Source of the DNA: Camelus dromedarius
Taxonomy: Eukaryota
Direction of reading: 5' to 3'
Length of the DNA: 64,000 nucleotides
Assembly: GCF_036321535.1 (NCBI RefSeq)
Contig: NC_087438.1
Coordinates: 2,606,001-2,670,000 of the forward strand
Shown piece after piece: positions 33,241-47,600 of this stretch. The notes beneath the pieces were generated by a model. That model saw only the letters and a program-made list of their open reading frames with translations, was not told the origin of the DNA and ran no database searches. Position 1 is the stretch's first letter. Every line of letters begins with the position of its first letter. A program made the translations under genes and the position numbers.

Positions 33241-36200
33241 GACCCAGCGGGGCTTTCCTTTCTCTTCCTCGTCTTCTTCCTCCTCCTCCACCTCTGCTTC
33301 CTCTTCCTCCCACTTCTGCTCCCTCTTTTTTTGTGTTTGTTTTTTTCATCATAAAAGGAAAGAGGGCATCACTGGGCAGGCCAGGACCACTGGCTGCTGG
33401 GAGAGGACAGGAGTGTCCCGGCCCCCAGAAGGAACAGGACATGGGGCTGGTCACTGCGCACTAGCTGAACGCGCGTGGCGGCCAGGGCTCTCGACCTGGG
33501 ACCACGGCTGCTTTGCTTCCTGAAGATGCAGCCGCGTGTGCTCCTGCACCTCGTCAGTCACGGCTTCTGCCTTCTCCCCACTTCCATCCACGTGCGCTTC
33601 ACCTCCGAGTCCTCACCTGTGTTCTGGCCCGACGGAGTCCTGGAAGGCATATCCGCGTTCTGTCGCCATGGTGATCCGAGCGCCGTGCTCCCCCGACTGG
33701 CCGTCAGGTTCCCACAGAGCTGCCTCTCCTGACTGCCTGGCTCGACTGGGGTGGGAGGTGCTGTGAGTCAAATGTGTCCTACTGACTTCGTCGACGTGCA
33801 TTGCCGTTTGCCATGTGGCGGTGACTCAGAGGGTCCGCTCAGGCACGCTCAGCCACCCCCTTGTGACTGTAAAGGAGAGTCAGGCACTTGTGGGCCGACC
33901 TTGTGAGACCACATGTGCTGTCAGCAGCCTGGGGTCTGAGTGGTTTGCAGGCTGAGGCTCTGGGCATGGAGTGACCTTGGCGGGGAGCTCTTGGAAGGGG
34001 AGGCGGGAAAGTGAGCTCCAAAGAGGGAGCCGTTGTCACGTGTGGCTGTTCGGGGCCAGACCCAGCTGCTGTAACGGCACTGACCATCCAATGGGACTGT
34101 CACTGGCTGTGTCTGTGTCCCTCACTGTGGCTTTGAAGAGGGACTTTCCGTCGATGTCATACCCACCTGAAGGTGCTGGAATTTCGGAGTTTGTCTCGTA
34201 GTCTTAAGTGTGCGTATGAACAGTCACCGTGATGAGGCAGGTGGTTTACCCCTGTCTGTGTTGTGTTCACGTTTACGTGCTCACGTAAACCCCACGAGGA
34301 GGGCGTTCACAGTGTTCAGTTGTTCGGAGAAAGCGAGGGTCACCCTGGTAATGGACAGGGGTCTAGAGTGCTCCATTCTTCTTCCTCGTGAATCAGAGAG
34401 AAGACTGTGGGGAAGGCAGGGGCTGGCGTTTCCTTTCTGCTCCTGGAGAAAAGTCATCTCATGGCAAAGCTGAGCCCAACGCAGTGGAGGGGGATGCTGG
34501 GGCGTTGCTGCCACCTGTCTGTGAATGGCTCTGCCTCCCTTGGGCCTCGGACTGTCCCTGTTGTGGGCTTGGCATCCTTATTGGAAAACAGAATGGTATT
34601 TACAGTCAACAACAGGAGACACATTTGTCCAGATGGGCGGAAATCTCCACCTCAGCCGGGAGGCAGGACCAGAGTGCTGGTCTATCAGCATGGTCCCCAG
34701 TGAGAGTCTGACCCAGGTTGGGGAAATCAAATCAAGTTCAAAGGGAATTCTTGATAACTTCCTGAGTTCTTCCACAGGTACGGTGCTTGGAATTTTACAA
34801 ACTCGACTTGCAGACTGCATCTTTCATTGGGTGTTAAAACCACCACATGTGAGTGTGACGCAGACCATCTCTGGGAAGGACACGTGCAGGGAATCAACAC
34901 ACAATTGCAGGGAAAGGCCCACGCGCCAAAGCAAGGCCCCTCTGCCCAGCCCTGGAAGCAGACGCCAGCGGGGGAAGGGGCATGAGACCCGGAAAGCAGG
35001 CTTCAAGGTCGAGGGTGGATCCAGCTCACTGCTCCAGCGGGTTCACACTGCGCTGAACGAAATAAGCCAAATCTGATGCAGAAGATAAGGAGGAGGGGCT
35101 GCTGAGTGTAACCGACGGCCCGCACCCCAGCTCTGAATGTGCAGGGCGCCTGCCGTCAGGAGGAATGCGCATCTGGGGGCATGTTTGCTCCCCCCCCAGC
35201 CTCCTGATTAGCCAGTTAGTAGACAGCATGGCCCTGCTGGCAGAGACTTAGAACCATGTGGAGGCACGGAGGAACACTTCTGTGCAGGACATGGGTGAGA
35301 TCAGGGTGGACAAGTCTTTGAAAGAGCGGTCACGGCAGCGGGGCTACGGCAGCGTTGGATGCAGCGGCAGGCAGAGTAACTGAGGAGAAAAGCTGTTTTG
35401 ACAAGTTCAAGATCCTTCCCATCCAGCCTCCTCTCTCTGTCTGAGGTATTTGCTATCAGAAGGGTGATACAGACACTGACATGGCCAAGATAACATAAAG
35501 CAGATCCATTCCTGGAGCATAAATCTCCATGCGGAGCTGGGACACGCTCGCTGGATTTCATCACAGCACTGTTTTTTCTTTTTTTCTTTTTCCCTTTCTT
35601 TCTGTCTTTTTTTCTTTTTTATAAAGCCCCTGTTACTTGTGTGATTAAGGTATTTTCCCCTGACCTTGAGACCTGTCAGGACTCAGTACGTTGCCTTAAA
35701 ATGACTTCAGCTTCAAAACGTTTGACCTATAAATATGCTCGTCATTTACTCATGTGCTGCCTCCTAGGTGACACTCCTGACACCTACAGAAAGAGAGAAG
35801 CTGAAGCCTGGGGACGCTGGATGCAGTCGCACCGAAACAGCTCCCAATGGCCTCCAGGCCACCATAAAGAACACACTGTAGCTAATTACAGAAGGAGGAG
35901 GGAGAAAATATTCAACAGCCACAAATACGGGAGGGCCGAACGAACTGAAATACTGGTTTTGTTCACATATGTCTCATAACTCATTCCGCTTTCCACAGGA
36001 TCGTGTGTAAGGCACCAAGCATGCTAGCTGGCATGGAGCAGGCACTCAGTAAACCCGTGCTCATTTTGAATAGCTGACGGTGCACAACACTGAATTCTTG
36101 GGGGACAGCTTTCTTAGCAAACAAAAATATGTATTTTTTTAATTTTAGCACCTTGTTGTGAGAAACAAGACAGAAGTTTCCATCATCAGGTACACTATTG

Positions 36201-37653
36201 ATTAGATTTATTATAAAAAACAAATTTAATTAATTGCAGCATTTAAGATCACTGTTATTTACTGATGGCCAGATAGGCCCTATCACCCCCACAAATGGAG
36301 GAAACAGGCAAGTTTACGGTTGACAACTTATAAACTTTAACTAATGGGTTTTCTGAACTTGTTGCTTGTTTTGAATCTGTTCATTTCTCCAGGAGGATGT
36401 GTTCACATATAAATCAGCTTGTTAAATTAATGCATTTCCTCAGAGGACAACTGGATGCTTTGCACAGCCAGGACCCTGGAGAGAAGCCAGCTGTGGGGGG
36501 TCCCGGAGGATGAGGAGAATGTTGTCACCTCAAAGGCTCTGGGGGAAAAATGGGTGCCTTGGCTTCCCTGGAGGGCGAAGGGTAAGGAGACTTGTGAGCT
36601 CTGGAGGAACACAGGGTTTTTGAAAAGTCAATCCCAATTGTGGAGGCGATTTAAGAAGCAAGCCAGCCTACAATGGAAGAGAACAAATCATGGGGAATAA
36701 AAGCATACTGAAAGGCCATTGAAATAGGAATCAAGGAAGGGAGTCACTTTTCTGGAATGATTCACATTTTTGAAAGCGGAGCGATCAGTTAGAGGATGCG
36801 GCCAAACACCAAGTCCCCGCCGCCATGTCGTGCTGAGCGCAGCCGCGTAGCCCCTGCAGATACTCACGGTCTCGATTTCCGTCTTCTGACCTTCAACTGT
36901 TGCTGTTTGATGATATTTTTTTTCTTCCGATCGCCTGAGCTAGCAAAAATGAAAACATACAGAGCAGCACTGAGTTCTATTTCCCTCCCGCACATCACAG
37001 AGAGACCACGACGACACCGTGTGAAGCCAAGACTGAAAACTGATTGAAAAAATACTACCAAAATACCACCTCTGCACAGAACTCCTTAAACGGCCCGACA
37101 TTTCCCCCAAGACCCTATAATTGAAAAATAAAGTGAAAACGTCGTCTGTCACGATGTTTTTAAAAATGAAATGTTTGCAGCCCGGGGCATCAGTGTCTGC
37201 TGCTGGGTGCCCCTCAGTCTGAAGCAGGGGGAGCAGAATTCAGCTTCCTAGGACTGTTTCCTCTTGGTTCGGACATTTACCACCATTCCGCCCCACGCCA
37301 GTTTCAGCATCTGAGCGCGGTAAAGCCCCCAGGAGGGAACGTCCTGGGATGCTCAGTGAAGTCTAGCCCGGGGTGGACCTGTAACAGGGGAGCGCGGGCA
37401 TCCCTTTGAAACGCGTGTCAGCCAGCGACCAAGTGCACACTGACTCGGGCAGAGATCGGGAGGGCGTGTCAGGTTCTCAGCAGGCCTGGAGCCTTTCCCT
37501 TCCCTGACCCACCCCATGGGGGGCACCAGATACTCGTCCGGTCCCTGGCGTAGCCTCTCAGGTGTTTAATGGAAAGCCACCTGTCCAGATGGGGTGTCAT
37601 GGGTCCTTAAAACAAAGTCACCTTGTGTTCACTGTCCTTCTTTTAAAAAAAAA

Positions 37654-37910
37654 TTTGTATTGATGTGTAGTTGATTTACAATGTTACTTTCAGATGTACC
37701 GCAAAGCAGTCCAGTTATACATACACATACGTGATATATTTTCTTTACAGATTCTTTTCCATTATTTGTTATTGCAAGAAGTTGAATATGGTTCCCTGTG
37801 CTCTACAGTAGGTCCTTGTTGTTTACCTATTTTATATATAGTAGTGTGTATCTGTTAATCCTCAACCTCTAATTTATCCCTCTCCGCCCTTTCCCTTTGG
37901 TAACCATGGT
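37654..37910 (-). mobile_element. LINE-1 3' end
   Basis: attgatgtgtagttgatttacaatgtta..cagattcttttccattat..ttccctgtgctctacagtaggtccttgttgttta..ccctttggtaaccat. Confidence 0.93.
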
Positions 37911-37981
37911 GTTCTCCTATGTTCAGGTCGACTTCTCTGAGTGGTTCTTACAAAGACATTTCCGACCAGCGATGCGGCCAC

Positions 37982-38419
37982 TGTTACGGGGTGGATTATT
38001 TCTCTCAAAGATATGTTGACACCCTGATCCCAGTGCCTGTGCGTGTGACCTTATTTGGAAATAGGGTCTTTGCAGATGATCAAGGTAAGATGAGGTCCTT
38101 AAGGTGAGTCCCTAATCCAATGTGTCTGGTGTCCCTCTAAAAATGGGAAATTTGGACCCAGGCAGCCATACAGAGAGGATGTCACGTGAAGACTGGAGCT
38201 CTGTGGCCGCAAGAAGGGGCACAGAGGATGGCCAGCAAAGCAGCAGAAGTCAGGAGAGAGGCCAGAGGGAGATCCTCCCTAGAGTCTCCATATGGGCATG
38301 GCCCTGTGGACATCTTGAGTTTGGACTTTGGCTCCTAGATCTGTAAGAAACTAAATTTACGTTGTTTTAAGGCACCCAGTGTGTGGTACCTTGTTTCAGC
38401 CACCCAGGAAACGAACACA
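37982..38419 (+). mobile_element. MaLR solo LTR (MLT1C/B-like)
   Basis: TG...CA ends; gtgaccttatttggaaatagggtctttgcagatg, ccctaatccaat, ttggactttggctcctaga, gttgttttaag, ggaaacgaacaca. Confidence 0.9.
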
Positions 38420-40469
38420 CATGCTGTATGAGGATGGAGCACCGTCCTGTGTGGAAAGCGTCCGTGGGATGCCCTGACTGTCTGGGGCTTCTGACTGTGA
38501 TGTGCACCTAGGAAGAGAGGAAAAAACTCGATTATGGGCTGATGGCGTCTGTCTTGGGAAGACTGTGCAAGTCACTCATATCCCCAGACAGCTTGTGTTG
38601 GACAGAAACAGCCCCCCTGTTCCTTCTTCTTATCCAGAAAAAAATCTAATGGCCTCAGCCCCCGCCACTTCCCACAGCGATGGGGCCACCAGCCTCCTGA
38701 GAAACTCAGTTCCCCACTTAGATGCTAACAAATGGATGACTTCAACTTGCCAAAACGCAGCTTCTGGTTTATGAAAGTTAATTGTCGTGTGGTCATCTTC
38801 AACGTGTGGTCAAACATCAGAACACACAGTGGACACATGGAGCTGGGATTCTCGGGACACTGAACGAGCTACACCGAAGGGGCTTTTCTTAAAGGGCAGG
38901 ATGCACGCACTGCGCTTCTCCTGTCCCCGGAATTTGTCAACCAGGTAAATGACAGGCAAACTGGGAGGTCTCACCTCATCTGTAATTGAGGGTTACTTGA
39001 TTGTAAAGTCATGTTTCAAATGTACATTTTTAAACCCAGGCACAAGAGGCTGAGCTACATTAGAGAGTGGTCTCTGTGACTGTCCCGAGCCAGGGAGGCG
39101 TGTGGGCCGCCTGGTAAATGGGACGCACAGGTGTTCACTGACAGGAACCACAGGGTGCCAGGAGCCCGGATGCCCGCTGGTCAGGAGCTGTTAACCGGGT
39201 CCTAGTTCTGATGGGGTTTCAGATGTAGGGACGGGGGCAGGCAGAGTTGAGGTGAGGGAATCCCAGCGCTTTCTGGGCAAGGGCAGTCAATATTCTGTAA
39301 GTCATCTGTGAAGGCAGAATAAGTCTCCAGCATCTTGCAAATGCTATTCTGTCGTGCCCACGTAGACATAGCTGAAGAGACCCGCCAGCCGGGCAGTGTG
39401 GATGACAAGCTCACCTCATCGATTGCTTCTGCAGTCATCTCACTGCAGTAACTAAATCCAGCTTTCTCACGATGCACCACGGCAGGGGGGTGGGCGAACA
39501 CCTCTTTCATATCTTAAAAGTGGTCCTGGACTCAGACACTGGGATAAAGCAGCTTTGATCTGGCAAGACCTAAGGTGGGCTGAGAAACCGAGCTGAACCC
39601 GTTTCTCCTTCGCCAGCTGTTGGGCGAGCCCCTGATGATGAAGGGTCATGGCCGTGGGAGCTGGGCCACCTCCAGGGGCAGGACCCGGCCAGCCTGCTGC
39701 CCACATGCTGCCTGCGCTTCCTCCTCCTGTCCCCTATCTGCAACCCACCCCGTCCAATCTACTTTCCTAGCTTACATGCAGGACGCAGGACACCGAATCA
39801 ATTCCAAGGATGCTCCCTGGGACAGGAAGGCATCGCGACGGCGTTCAGCTGGTTGTTTAGGCGGTGTGTGGCTTAGGTCCAAAATGCGCGGGATGACGTG
39901 GCCGTAATTCCCCTGTGCACCTTCCATCACCCGGCCACTGCGCAGCTTTGATTCTACTTCAGGACCTCACCCTGTGTTGACCTGCAATCCCAGCTGTGGC
40001 TCAGAGAAGCAAATGATGAGCTTGGAGGAGCAAATCCCGCTCCCTCCTTCTGGGAGATACACAGCGTCCCCAGGAAGAGGGTCGGCAGCAGCAGGACTGC
40101 GGATGGACGGTCACGTGTCTGAATCCCGCGTCCACAGGAGGATGCGTATTTGAACACAGCTCGCGTGCCTTCACACGCCGCTCTATTTTTAAAACATTTA
40201 ACTAAGTGGGCTCTGTTTTTTCTCTTTTAATGAAGAAAATTGTTACATTGTATGAATACATAGTTGTCACTGGATGAATCTCAGTGGAGCCCGTTAAGTT
40301 CTTAAACTGGTAAATTATTCTCCTATTTTATTTTAAAACAACGCGTATTCAAACAAATGTGTAACAGCTCACAGGTGGGGAAATGTGCTTGTTTCTCTTT
40401 CCTTGTCTCTCATTTTTCCTCCCCTCCCCCTTCATCTCTGCCAGTCAGTCTCCCCTCACGAGTGTGTCT

Positions 40470-40940
40470 GTGTTCCATTCCTTCCCTGGCTGAAGTCACC
40501 ACAAGCTTTAACTTAACTGTGTTCTCGTCCCTGTGGGCCCAGAGTCCAGGCGCAGCTCCGCTGAGCGCTCTGCTGAGGCGGCTCTCCCGCAGGGGAGTCC
40601 AGGTGCTGGCTGGGCTACCGTCTCATCCGGGCTTGTCCCCCTCCTCATCCAGGGCAGGACCCCTTCTGAGATCTCAGGTGGCTGGCGCAGTCCACTTCCC
40701 TTTCCCTGTAGAACTCGTGGCAGCTTGCTTCTTCAAAGCCAGCAAAGGCGTGTCTCTGTGGCTTCAAACCTCTCACTTCTGGGCCGGCTTTAAAGGGATG
40801 TACGTGATCAGATCAGGCCCATCCAGGATGATCCCCTTTGCATCAACATAGAATCAGCAAGTCAGGGGCCTTAACTGGGAAGCGAAGTCCCCGCACCTCT
40901 GCAGTGTAATGTGATATAATCAGGAGCGGTAGCCCCGGGC
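40470..40940 (-). mobile_element. MaLR solo LTR (MLT1E/F-like)
   Basis: Antisense hallmarks cttcttcaaagccagcaa, tttaaagggatgtacgtgatcagatcaggcccatccaggatgatc, ccttaact, gtaatgtgatataatcaggag. Confidence 0.7.
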
Positions 40941-42344
40941 CTTGGCCAGGCGTATGGGTCCGAAGTGAGTCACGGGGCTGCTGCCCCGCAGAGGAGAGGG
41001 AGTCCGCAAAGGCCTGGGACCACCTGCTGCACACGGGGCATCCTTCCACGGGCTCCCATGTGCCGGCGGATCCCCCGTGCACAAACATGTCGGCTCACGT
41101 GCAGGGAGCACCCCGTCAATCATCACTGCACCCCACGCCTGAGGGCTTTTCACTGCAACACCCACAGACTTGGCCCAGAGACTGTGGACCCCCACAGGGG
41201 CAGGCTGAGGGCAGGGGGGCTTGGTGCCGGCAGCAGGGCCCCAGCAGCGCTGACAGGGACTGGTGGATGGACGCCCCGCACCCTCGTCTGTTCCTGACGA
41301 CGTGAATTTGTTCCACTGTCGTCCAGTTCCCAGCAGGATGGAGCCCCAGTTCCCCGGAGGCCACGCCCTTGGCAGCGCGTCTTGACTGGCTCTTCCCTTT
41401 CTTGTGTCACATCCATATCCCCTCTGGGGCCCTCCTGCCTCATGGCGGTCCCGGCTCAGCTCTGCACTTGGAGCTTACACCATGCAGCTGTCACCTCTGT
41501 GGAGCTGGGTCTGGAAAGGGACCCTCGGGGAGGTGGGTATTGCCTGGGGCTGTCATAGCAAATGTCACAGACCGGGGCTCAACCCGCAGAAACATGTGGT
41601 CTTCCAGTGCTGGGGCCCAGGAGGCCTGGGCCGAGGTGTGGGCAGGACTGGGTCCCCCGAGGCTGCATGAGGCTATGGTCTGGCCACTGCTCTGGCCCCA
41701 TGGAGCTGCAGCCCTGTCCTCTGCTTCATGGTGCTCTCCCTGTGTGTCTGTGCTCAAGGTCCCCTTTGAAATGATGACAACACAGCTTCTTCCACAGCTT
41801 GAAAGAAAATCGAAAAGACATGACGTCTCCTGCGTCTGGCTGTGAGGAGGGAGCCAGGCCAGCCCTCCCTCAGGAAACAAGGAGAACACAGCACGCGACA
41901 CTCAGGTCTGCTTTCTGCCGTGGAGAAGCCCCGTCCTCTGTGTCACCGCCACGGCTGCTCCTTTGCTTTCTTCCATCGCAGGTGCACAACCATCCCAGAA
42001 GAGCACGCCAATGTGACAGCTCCGCAAACAGCAGAACTACCCAGAGCATCTGAGGACCCCCCACCCGGTTTTTGCAGGAAGAGTCCGGTTTCTGTGCTTT
42101 ACAGTCTCTTGCTGAGATTTACCAACTCTGCACACAGTTGGGTTTGTGCGTTTTATCTTTCTTTTGATTTTCAGGAATTGCTTTATAATGTTGTGAAGTA
42201 TTTTCAAGGTTGCCACCTTAAATCTCCAAAACAAGGTGTGTCCTTGTCTTCGCCACATTGTGTCTTCACTTATTTAAACATAGCCTTGTTTATAGGTTGT
42301 GATTTATCAGTTCGCTATTTATTTGTAATAGAAGCAGATGAATG

Positions 42345-42672
42345 CATGTCTGTGTGTACATGTGTTATCCGTGTGTGTGTTTCTATCAGTCTACGTCTCA
42401 TTGATCAATCGTCTACCGTCTATCTCTGTATATGTCTGTCTATCTGCCTGCCTGTCTGTCTGTTATGTCTCTGTTTTATATCAGTCTATCTACCTCTGTT
42501 ATCTGTCCATTTCTCTATTGTCTCTCCATAGTCTGTCTGTGTATCTATTATCTGTTATTTGTCTGCCCACCTCCATCTCTCATCTGTCTGTCTGTCTGTT
42601 TACCTACCTATCTTTCACCTCTCTCCCTCTCTCTCTCTGTGCCCACACTCCTCTCCCTCTGTTTCATCTGTT
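42345..42672. repeat. Degenerate (TCTA/TCTG)n low-complexity tract
   Basis: Long imperfect run of tctatc, tctgtc and cctgtc units; produces spurious L/S/V/C-rich ORFs. Confidence 0.85.
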
Positions 42673-43194
42673 TATGAAACAGCTATTATTAAACATTGAA
42701 CGGCACACAGGAGAGGACCGGGCCCCTTGAGAGAACGCAGACACGCCAGGTGGACCCTCCTCTTCGGAGACATCTCTCAGGTGGAGACGCAACGTGAAAA
42801 CACAACTGCGCAGCAGTCTCGCTGAGCTGACGTGGGAGAAATTCGAGTCCAGGAGGGTTGGGCGATTGAGAGTTGCAGGGCAGAACATAGAGAAGGGGCT
42901 GTCGTGGAGACAGGGCCCCCGAAGTCAACACGGGGTCCCCTTGAGCGTTCGGGTGAACGCCAGCCTCCAAGCGGTGTGTCTGGTGAGAGGCAGCTCAGGG
43001 CTCTCAGGTGGGAAGCTTTCAGTCCAAGTGCCGTGGAACCATGAACAAGACTCAGATGTTGGTGCTCAGAGCAGCCAAGGACGCTGGGTCCAACGTGCAG
43101 GCAACGCTGCTGGACGATGCCCGGTTCTCCTCCCAGGAGCTGAATCGTGGCCTTTCAGCCAGAAGTAACTAAAAGCGCTGTTTCCACGGCTTTA

Positions 43195-44605
43195 TCAGCC
43201 GAGTTTCTTGTCAGATTTTGGGATGTTTGCCAATCTGACAATGAGAAAAGATTTCCACTGTACTTTTGGGTTGTCTCTATTTATGAGAGACTTTAGTATC
43301 TCTTCACATGATTAAGTACTACCTGCATTTTTGGGCTATGCTCTATCTATACGTCCAGCCCATTTCTATAAGGTTTTTTTTTTTATGCTTTTAGAAGCTC
43401 TTTACATACTAGAGATGTTAACTTTCTGTCGTGACTGCAAATTTTTTTCTGCTTGTCTGTTGTTCTTTTCATCCTGTGTATTTAGTTTTTACACTTTTTT
43501 TTAATTGAAGTGTAGTTGGTTTACAACGTTAGTTTCAGGTATATGGCAAAGTGATTCAGTTATACATACATATATATTTTTTCTTTTCAGATTCTTTTTT
43601 ATTATATGTCATTACAAGAAATTAGATACAGCTCCCTGTGCTCTACAGTAGGTCCTTGTTGTTTATCTGATTTATATATAGTAACGTGTGTCTGTTAATC
43701 CCCAACCCCTAATTTATCCCTCCCCACCCTTTTCCCTTTGGTAACCAGAGTTAGTTTTCTAGGTCTGTGAGTCTGTTTTTGATTTGTAAATAGAATTTGT
43801 ATTTTTTTTAATTCCACATATAAATGATATAATATGATATTTGTCTTCCTCTGTCTGACTTACTTCACTCAATATGATAATTTCTAGGTCCATCTATGCT
43901 GCTGCCAAGGGCATTATTTCATTTTTATGGCTGAGTAGTATTCCATTGTATAAATATACCACCACTTCTTTATCCAGTCGTCTGTTGACAGACATTTAGG
44001 TTTTTCCCGTGTCTTGGCTATTGTATATAGTGCTTCTGTGAACATTAGGGCAGGTGTATCTTTTTGAGTTAGAGTTTTCTTCAGATATATGCCCAGGAGT
44101 GGGGTCGCTGGATCATAGGGTAAGTCTATTTTTAGTTTTTTAAGGAACCTCACTGTCCTCCACAGTGGCTGCACCAGTTCACATTCCCAGCGACAGTGGA
44201 GGAGGTTCATTTATCTTGCTTTTATTTTTAAACAAAGATATTTTTGCAAGAGTTTTTTTTTTTTAAATATCCTCAAATAAATCAATCATCCACTTTCAAG
44301 TTTTGCAGAAGTTCATCTATTTTGCTTTTACTACTGAGATGGCTTCAGTTTTCATCCTAGATATCTGACAAATTTAGAATTCGTCCTAATGTATGAGGAG
44401 ATAAATCAGTCCAGCTGAACCTTGCCGTCTGGTCAGCTATCCCACTGCTGTAACACCACTCATTGAAAGCTTGCTCCTTCCTACCGATTTGAAGTGCCGC
44501 CTGCATCGTGTAGTTCATTTCCCCACACAACTGTGCCCGGTTCTCGGTGTTCTGTTTCACGGGTGTGTTGATACATCCATGTGCAGCATCTCCTCTGTTA
44601 CCATG
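43195..44605 (-). mobile_element. Old L1ME-like ORF2 relic interrupted by a younger L1
   Basis: tttgccaatctgacaatgagaaaa..atctcttcacatg..ccagcccattt..agaagctctttacatactagagatgttaac on the left; aacaccactcattgaaa..gatttgaagtgccgcc..tctgtttcac on the right. Confidence 0.6.
43495..44208 (-). mobile_element. LINE-1 3' fragment including the ORF2p C-terminus
   Basis: ORF 43914-44210(-) reads LLHCRWECELVQPLW..LPYDPATPLLGIY..WIKKWWYIYTMEYYSAIK, the L1 ORF2p C-terminal region, followed by the L1 3' UTR and tail. Confidence 0.97.
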
Positions 44606-44613
44606 TACTGAAG

Positions 44614-44690
44614 TTCTTTTTCATTTTTATTTGAAGTACAGTTGATTTATGTGTCAGGTGAACAGTGCAGTGATTCAGTTATATATATAT
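44614..44690 (-). mobile_element. Very short LINE-1 3' tip
   Basis: ttttatttgaagtacagttgattta..caggtgaacagtgcagtgattcagttatatata matches the other L1 ends in this window. Confidence 0.8.
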
Positions 44691-47600
44691 AAGTCCTCAT
44701 TATTTTTCTGTTTTATATCTAGTCCTGTGTGCCTAGTAATGTGTTCAATCAGTCAAACCATCAAGGGAATAATGAACACGGGAGACAGCAACTCTGTTCA
44801 GTTCATCTGTTTCTGAAAATCTGTGGGGAATACAAGCTAGTCCAGTGCAGCTGCCTGTAGGGAAGGGCGGGGTTCGGCGACCTGATGGCAGAGGTGGCCT
44901 CGCACGTGACGTCTGTTCCCTCCTCCCTCCTTCTGCCTGCCTCTCCGTGTCTTGGGTACAGATATTTAACACAGGTTTAGAGAAGGTTAGCATCTCCAAG
45001 TTGCTGCTTGGAGAATTCTCTGCCCTTTGGTCCTGGGCCAGCCGACCATTGAAAAGCGTCACAGTTTAATCTGATAAATGGCAACTCGTTCTGCAAATAA
45101 ACCCAGACCCACACGTAATCATCAGATCTTCGAGATGAATTAAAACTATTTTATCACTATGGAAGGCAAATTTGGTCTCACTGAAGCATTTCTTTTGTAC
45201 CAGGAGAAGGCCCTGTGCCCCTGCCCTCCCCTCCACTCACACACACACACTCACGTGTGCACACAGGCTCACATCCACGCCACCCCCCCCCCACGTGCAC
45301 ACACACCACACACTTGCCACGCGTGTGCTCACACAGACTCTTGTCAGACCGACCTGAGCCCCTGCTGATGGGACACTTTCTCCTGTTTGCTGGTTCATCT
45401 CAGCTTCCTCTTCACCCCTGAAAAAATAGTTAGTATCTTATTTGAGGAAATCACCTCCCTTAACCACTTACTTAGGACTGGAAACTTTTGAGTATTATTT
45501 GAGTGTGCGCTGTTAAAATTTTATTTCCAGAATACGAGTAAGCCGCCAGTTTTATGGGCACCATTAGCAAAACAGGAAATAAAGAGATGAGGTCCACTTA
45601 AGCCACAGAAAAAGGGAAGATTTACAAACTGCCTGATTTTCTTCGAGAATTCAAAGAAGTTGAAAATTACAGTTTGAGGTCTTAGAGGCTAAAATTAAAG
45701 ATCGCAGTTCATGGCGATCTGTTTCCTGAGCTGGCAGTCGAGCCTAAGCGAGAAGTCCGTGCGTTGGTTCCAGTTGCCCGGAGCAGGCTCAGCTGGTTGA
45801 AAGACTCGCACTGGTTCACTTCAAAGCCCCACGCCCTGTCCTCATAACAAAACCAGGGGCAGAAATTCGCATAGGCAGCAACATTCTTGCCTTATCATAA
45901 ACTTTATTACGGGTCTAAAAGACTAGGAGGTACGATGTGCTTGACCTCTTACCCCGTGTCTCACCGACAACCCAGATGTCACATGCATTATCCTAGAAGG
46001 TGGTCCCGGGCTCGCAGAACATCTCTCCTCTGCCTTTTCCCGACGGTGCACCTGCCTGCCTTCACTGTGGGAAGGAATGCGGAGGCAGAGGCTGCAGGGA
46101 GAAGGGCCCCTCACTTTAGCGACCGCGCCCCTGTGTGTCCTCACTCTCTCTGAGCCCCTTGGAAGAGGGTTTTGTGAACCACATGGCATGGAGGCCCGTG
46201 TTGTCCCTTTGGGTGCTGCCATCTGCATTTTCCAGTCTGGCGCAAGATCCTTTTTCTTGATTGGCAGGACCTTGTACATAATCCGTGTTTTAGAACCTCA
46301 GGGTGATTTCTACAGGGACTCGCCTTTTGTGATGTAATGTACACTTTCATCTTCTGACGTGCACTGCTGTCGAAGACACGAAAGGATGCTTCTCTTTCCA
46401 ACTCCAGCCCACTCTCTGACTCGTGCTCCATCGAGCCACTGGCACTGAGGACTCTGAATAAACGCCTGACCCTGAAGGGCACGTATTTGAGGAGGGCAGC
46501 CATGGTGGAAGTAACTTCCTCCCTGGTCAGCGTTGGTCAGCATTCTGCCAAAATACAGCCACTGCCTAACTCGCAGGCTGGAAATGGCTAGAAACAATAC
46601 CTCTGAGATAACTGTCTTCCTCTCTCTTTTGAGAACAGGAAGGTCAGCCCCTTCAGAGCCTCCTCGTGGCTACGGAGCTAACATGCCCAGACGACGCAGA
46701 GCTGACCACCCTCTCTCCAGACAAATGCGGTCGAGTGCCTGCTTCTGCAGCCTTCTGCATTCTTACTAAAATTTTCAAGAAGAATGAATTTGCCATGTAC
46801 GGTAGCCAGCTGCCTGGAGCAGATCTTCTTGGTTCAGGGATGTGCAGCTTCATGGTCTCTCTTAGTTCTGAGTCAACAGCAGCCAAGGTCCGGGGTGACA
46901 AGGGACTTTGGTGGTGGCCCGATCAGGCCCCCTTCCTGGTGTTTCTTAGACGACAGAGCTCAACGCTGCTCGCAGGGAAAGCAGAGCTTCCCGGGAGGAG
47001 AGAACCCCTCCAGCTGCCTGCTTCGGTGGCTCAGTCTCTTAGAGCTGCGCTGGCAGACTGTGAAGGTGCTGCCTGGATGGGTCTGAAGGGCCCCCAGTCC
47101 TGGGGGCTTCCCAGTGGGGCCTGAGCTGGTGCCTGGGCTCCCTGCCAGCCTGGATGGTGAGAGATGGAGCCTGGAACAGTCTGTGACCCGGGCTGGGTGA
47201 TGCCCCGTCCTCTCCACCCACACTCTCTGGGGGGGTAACGCGTGGCGGGCACCATCTGGTTCTACCTGGAGACTGAGTGTGGGGACCCAGGTGGCCCTTT
47301 CCAGGGTCCTGAAAAACTGGAAGGAGTGAGTTAGTGGCCAGCAGAGGCCCCATGAGGAGGGTCAGCTGAGGACTTGGGGAGACCCTGCTCTGCAGGCAAA
47401 TGTGCCCGCTGTGTCCAAATGTTCTGAGGACTTTGTTTCTTCAGGCTGAGTAAATTCCTCAGACCTGCACGCATCCTGAGGGGGGCGCCTCACCTCTGAA
47501 ATGGCACTGCCTCTACCCCGTCAAAAGACGTGGAGCCTCCAATTACAGCCCAATGGCCCCAGTTGCTGGGCCCTCTGCCCCGTGCACATGCCGACCTGTC

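Noticed and set aside
41842..42730. Hydrophobic, membrane-protein-looking ORFs (229 and 130 aa)
   Set aside because: Their hydrophobic parts come from the degenerate TCTA/TCTG repeat and T-rich old-repeat sequence.
43914..44210. ORF with genuine protein similarity, as a host CDS
   Set aside because: It is the L1 ORF2p C-terminus within a truncated L1, annotated as a mobile element.
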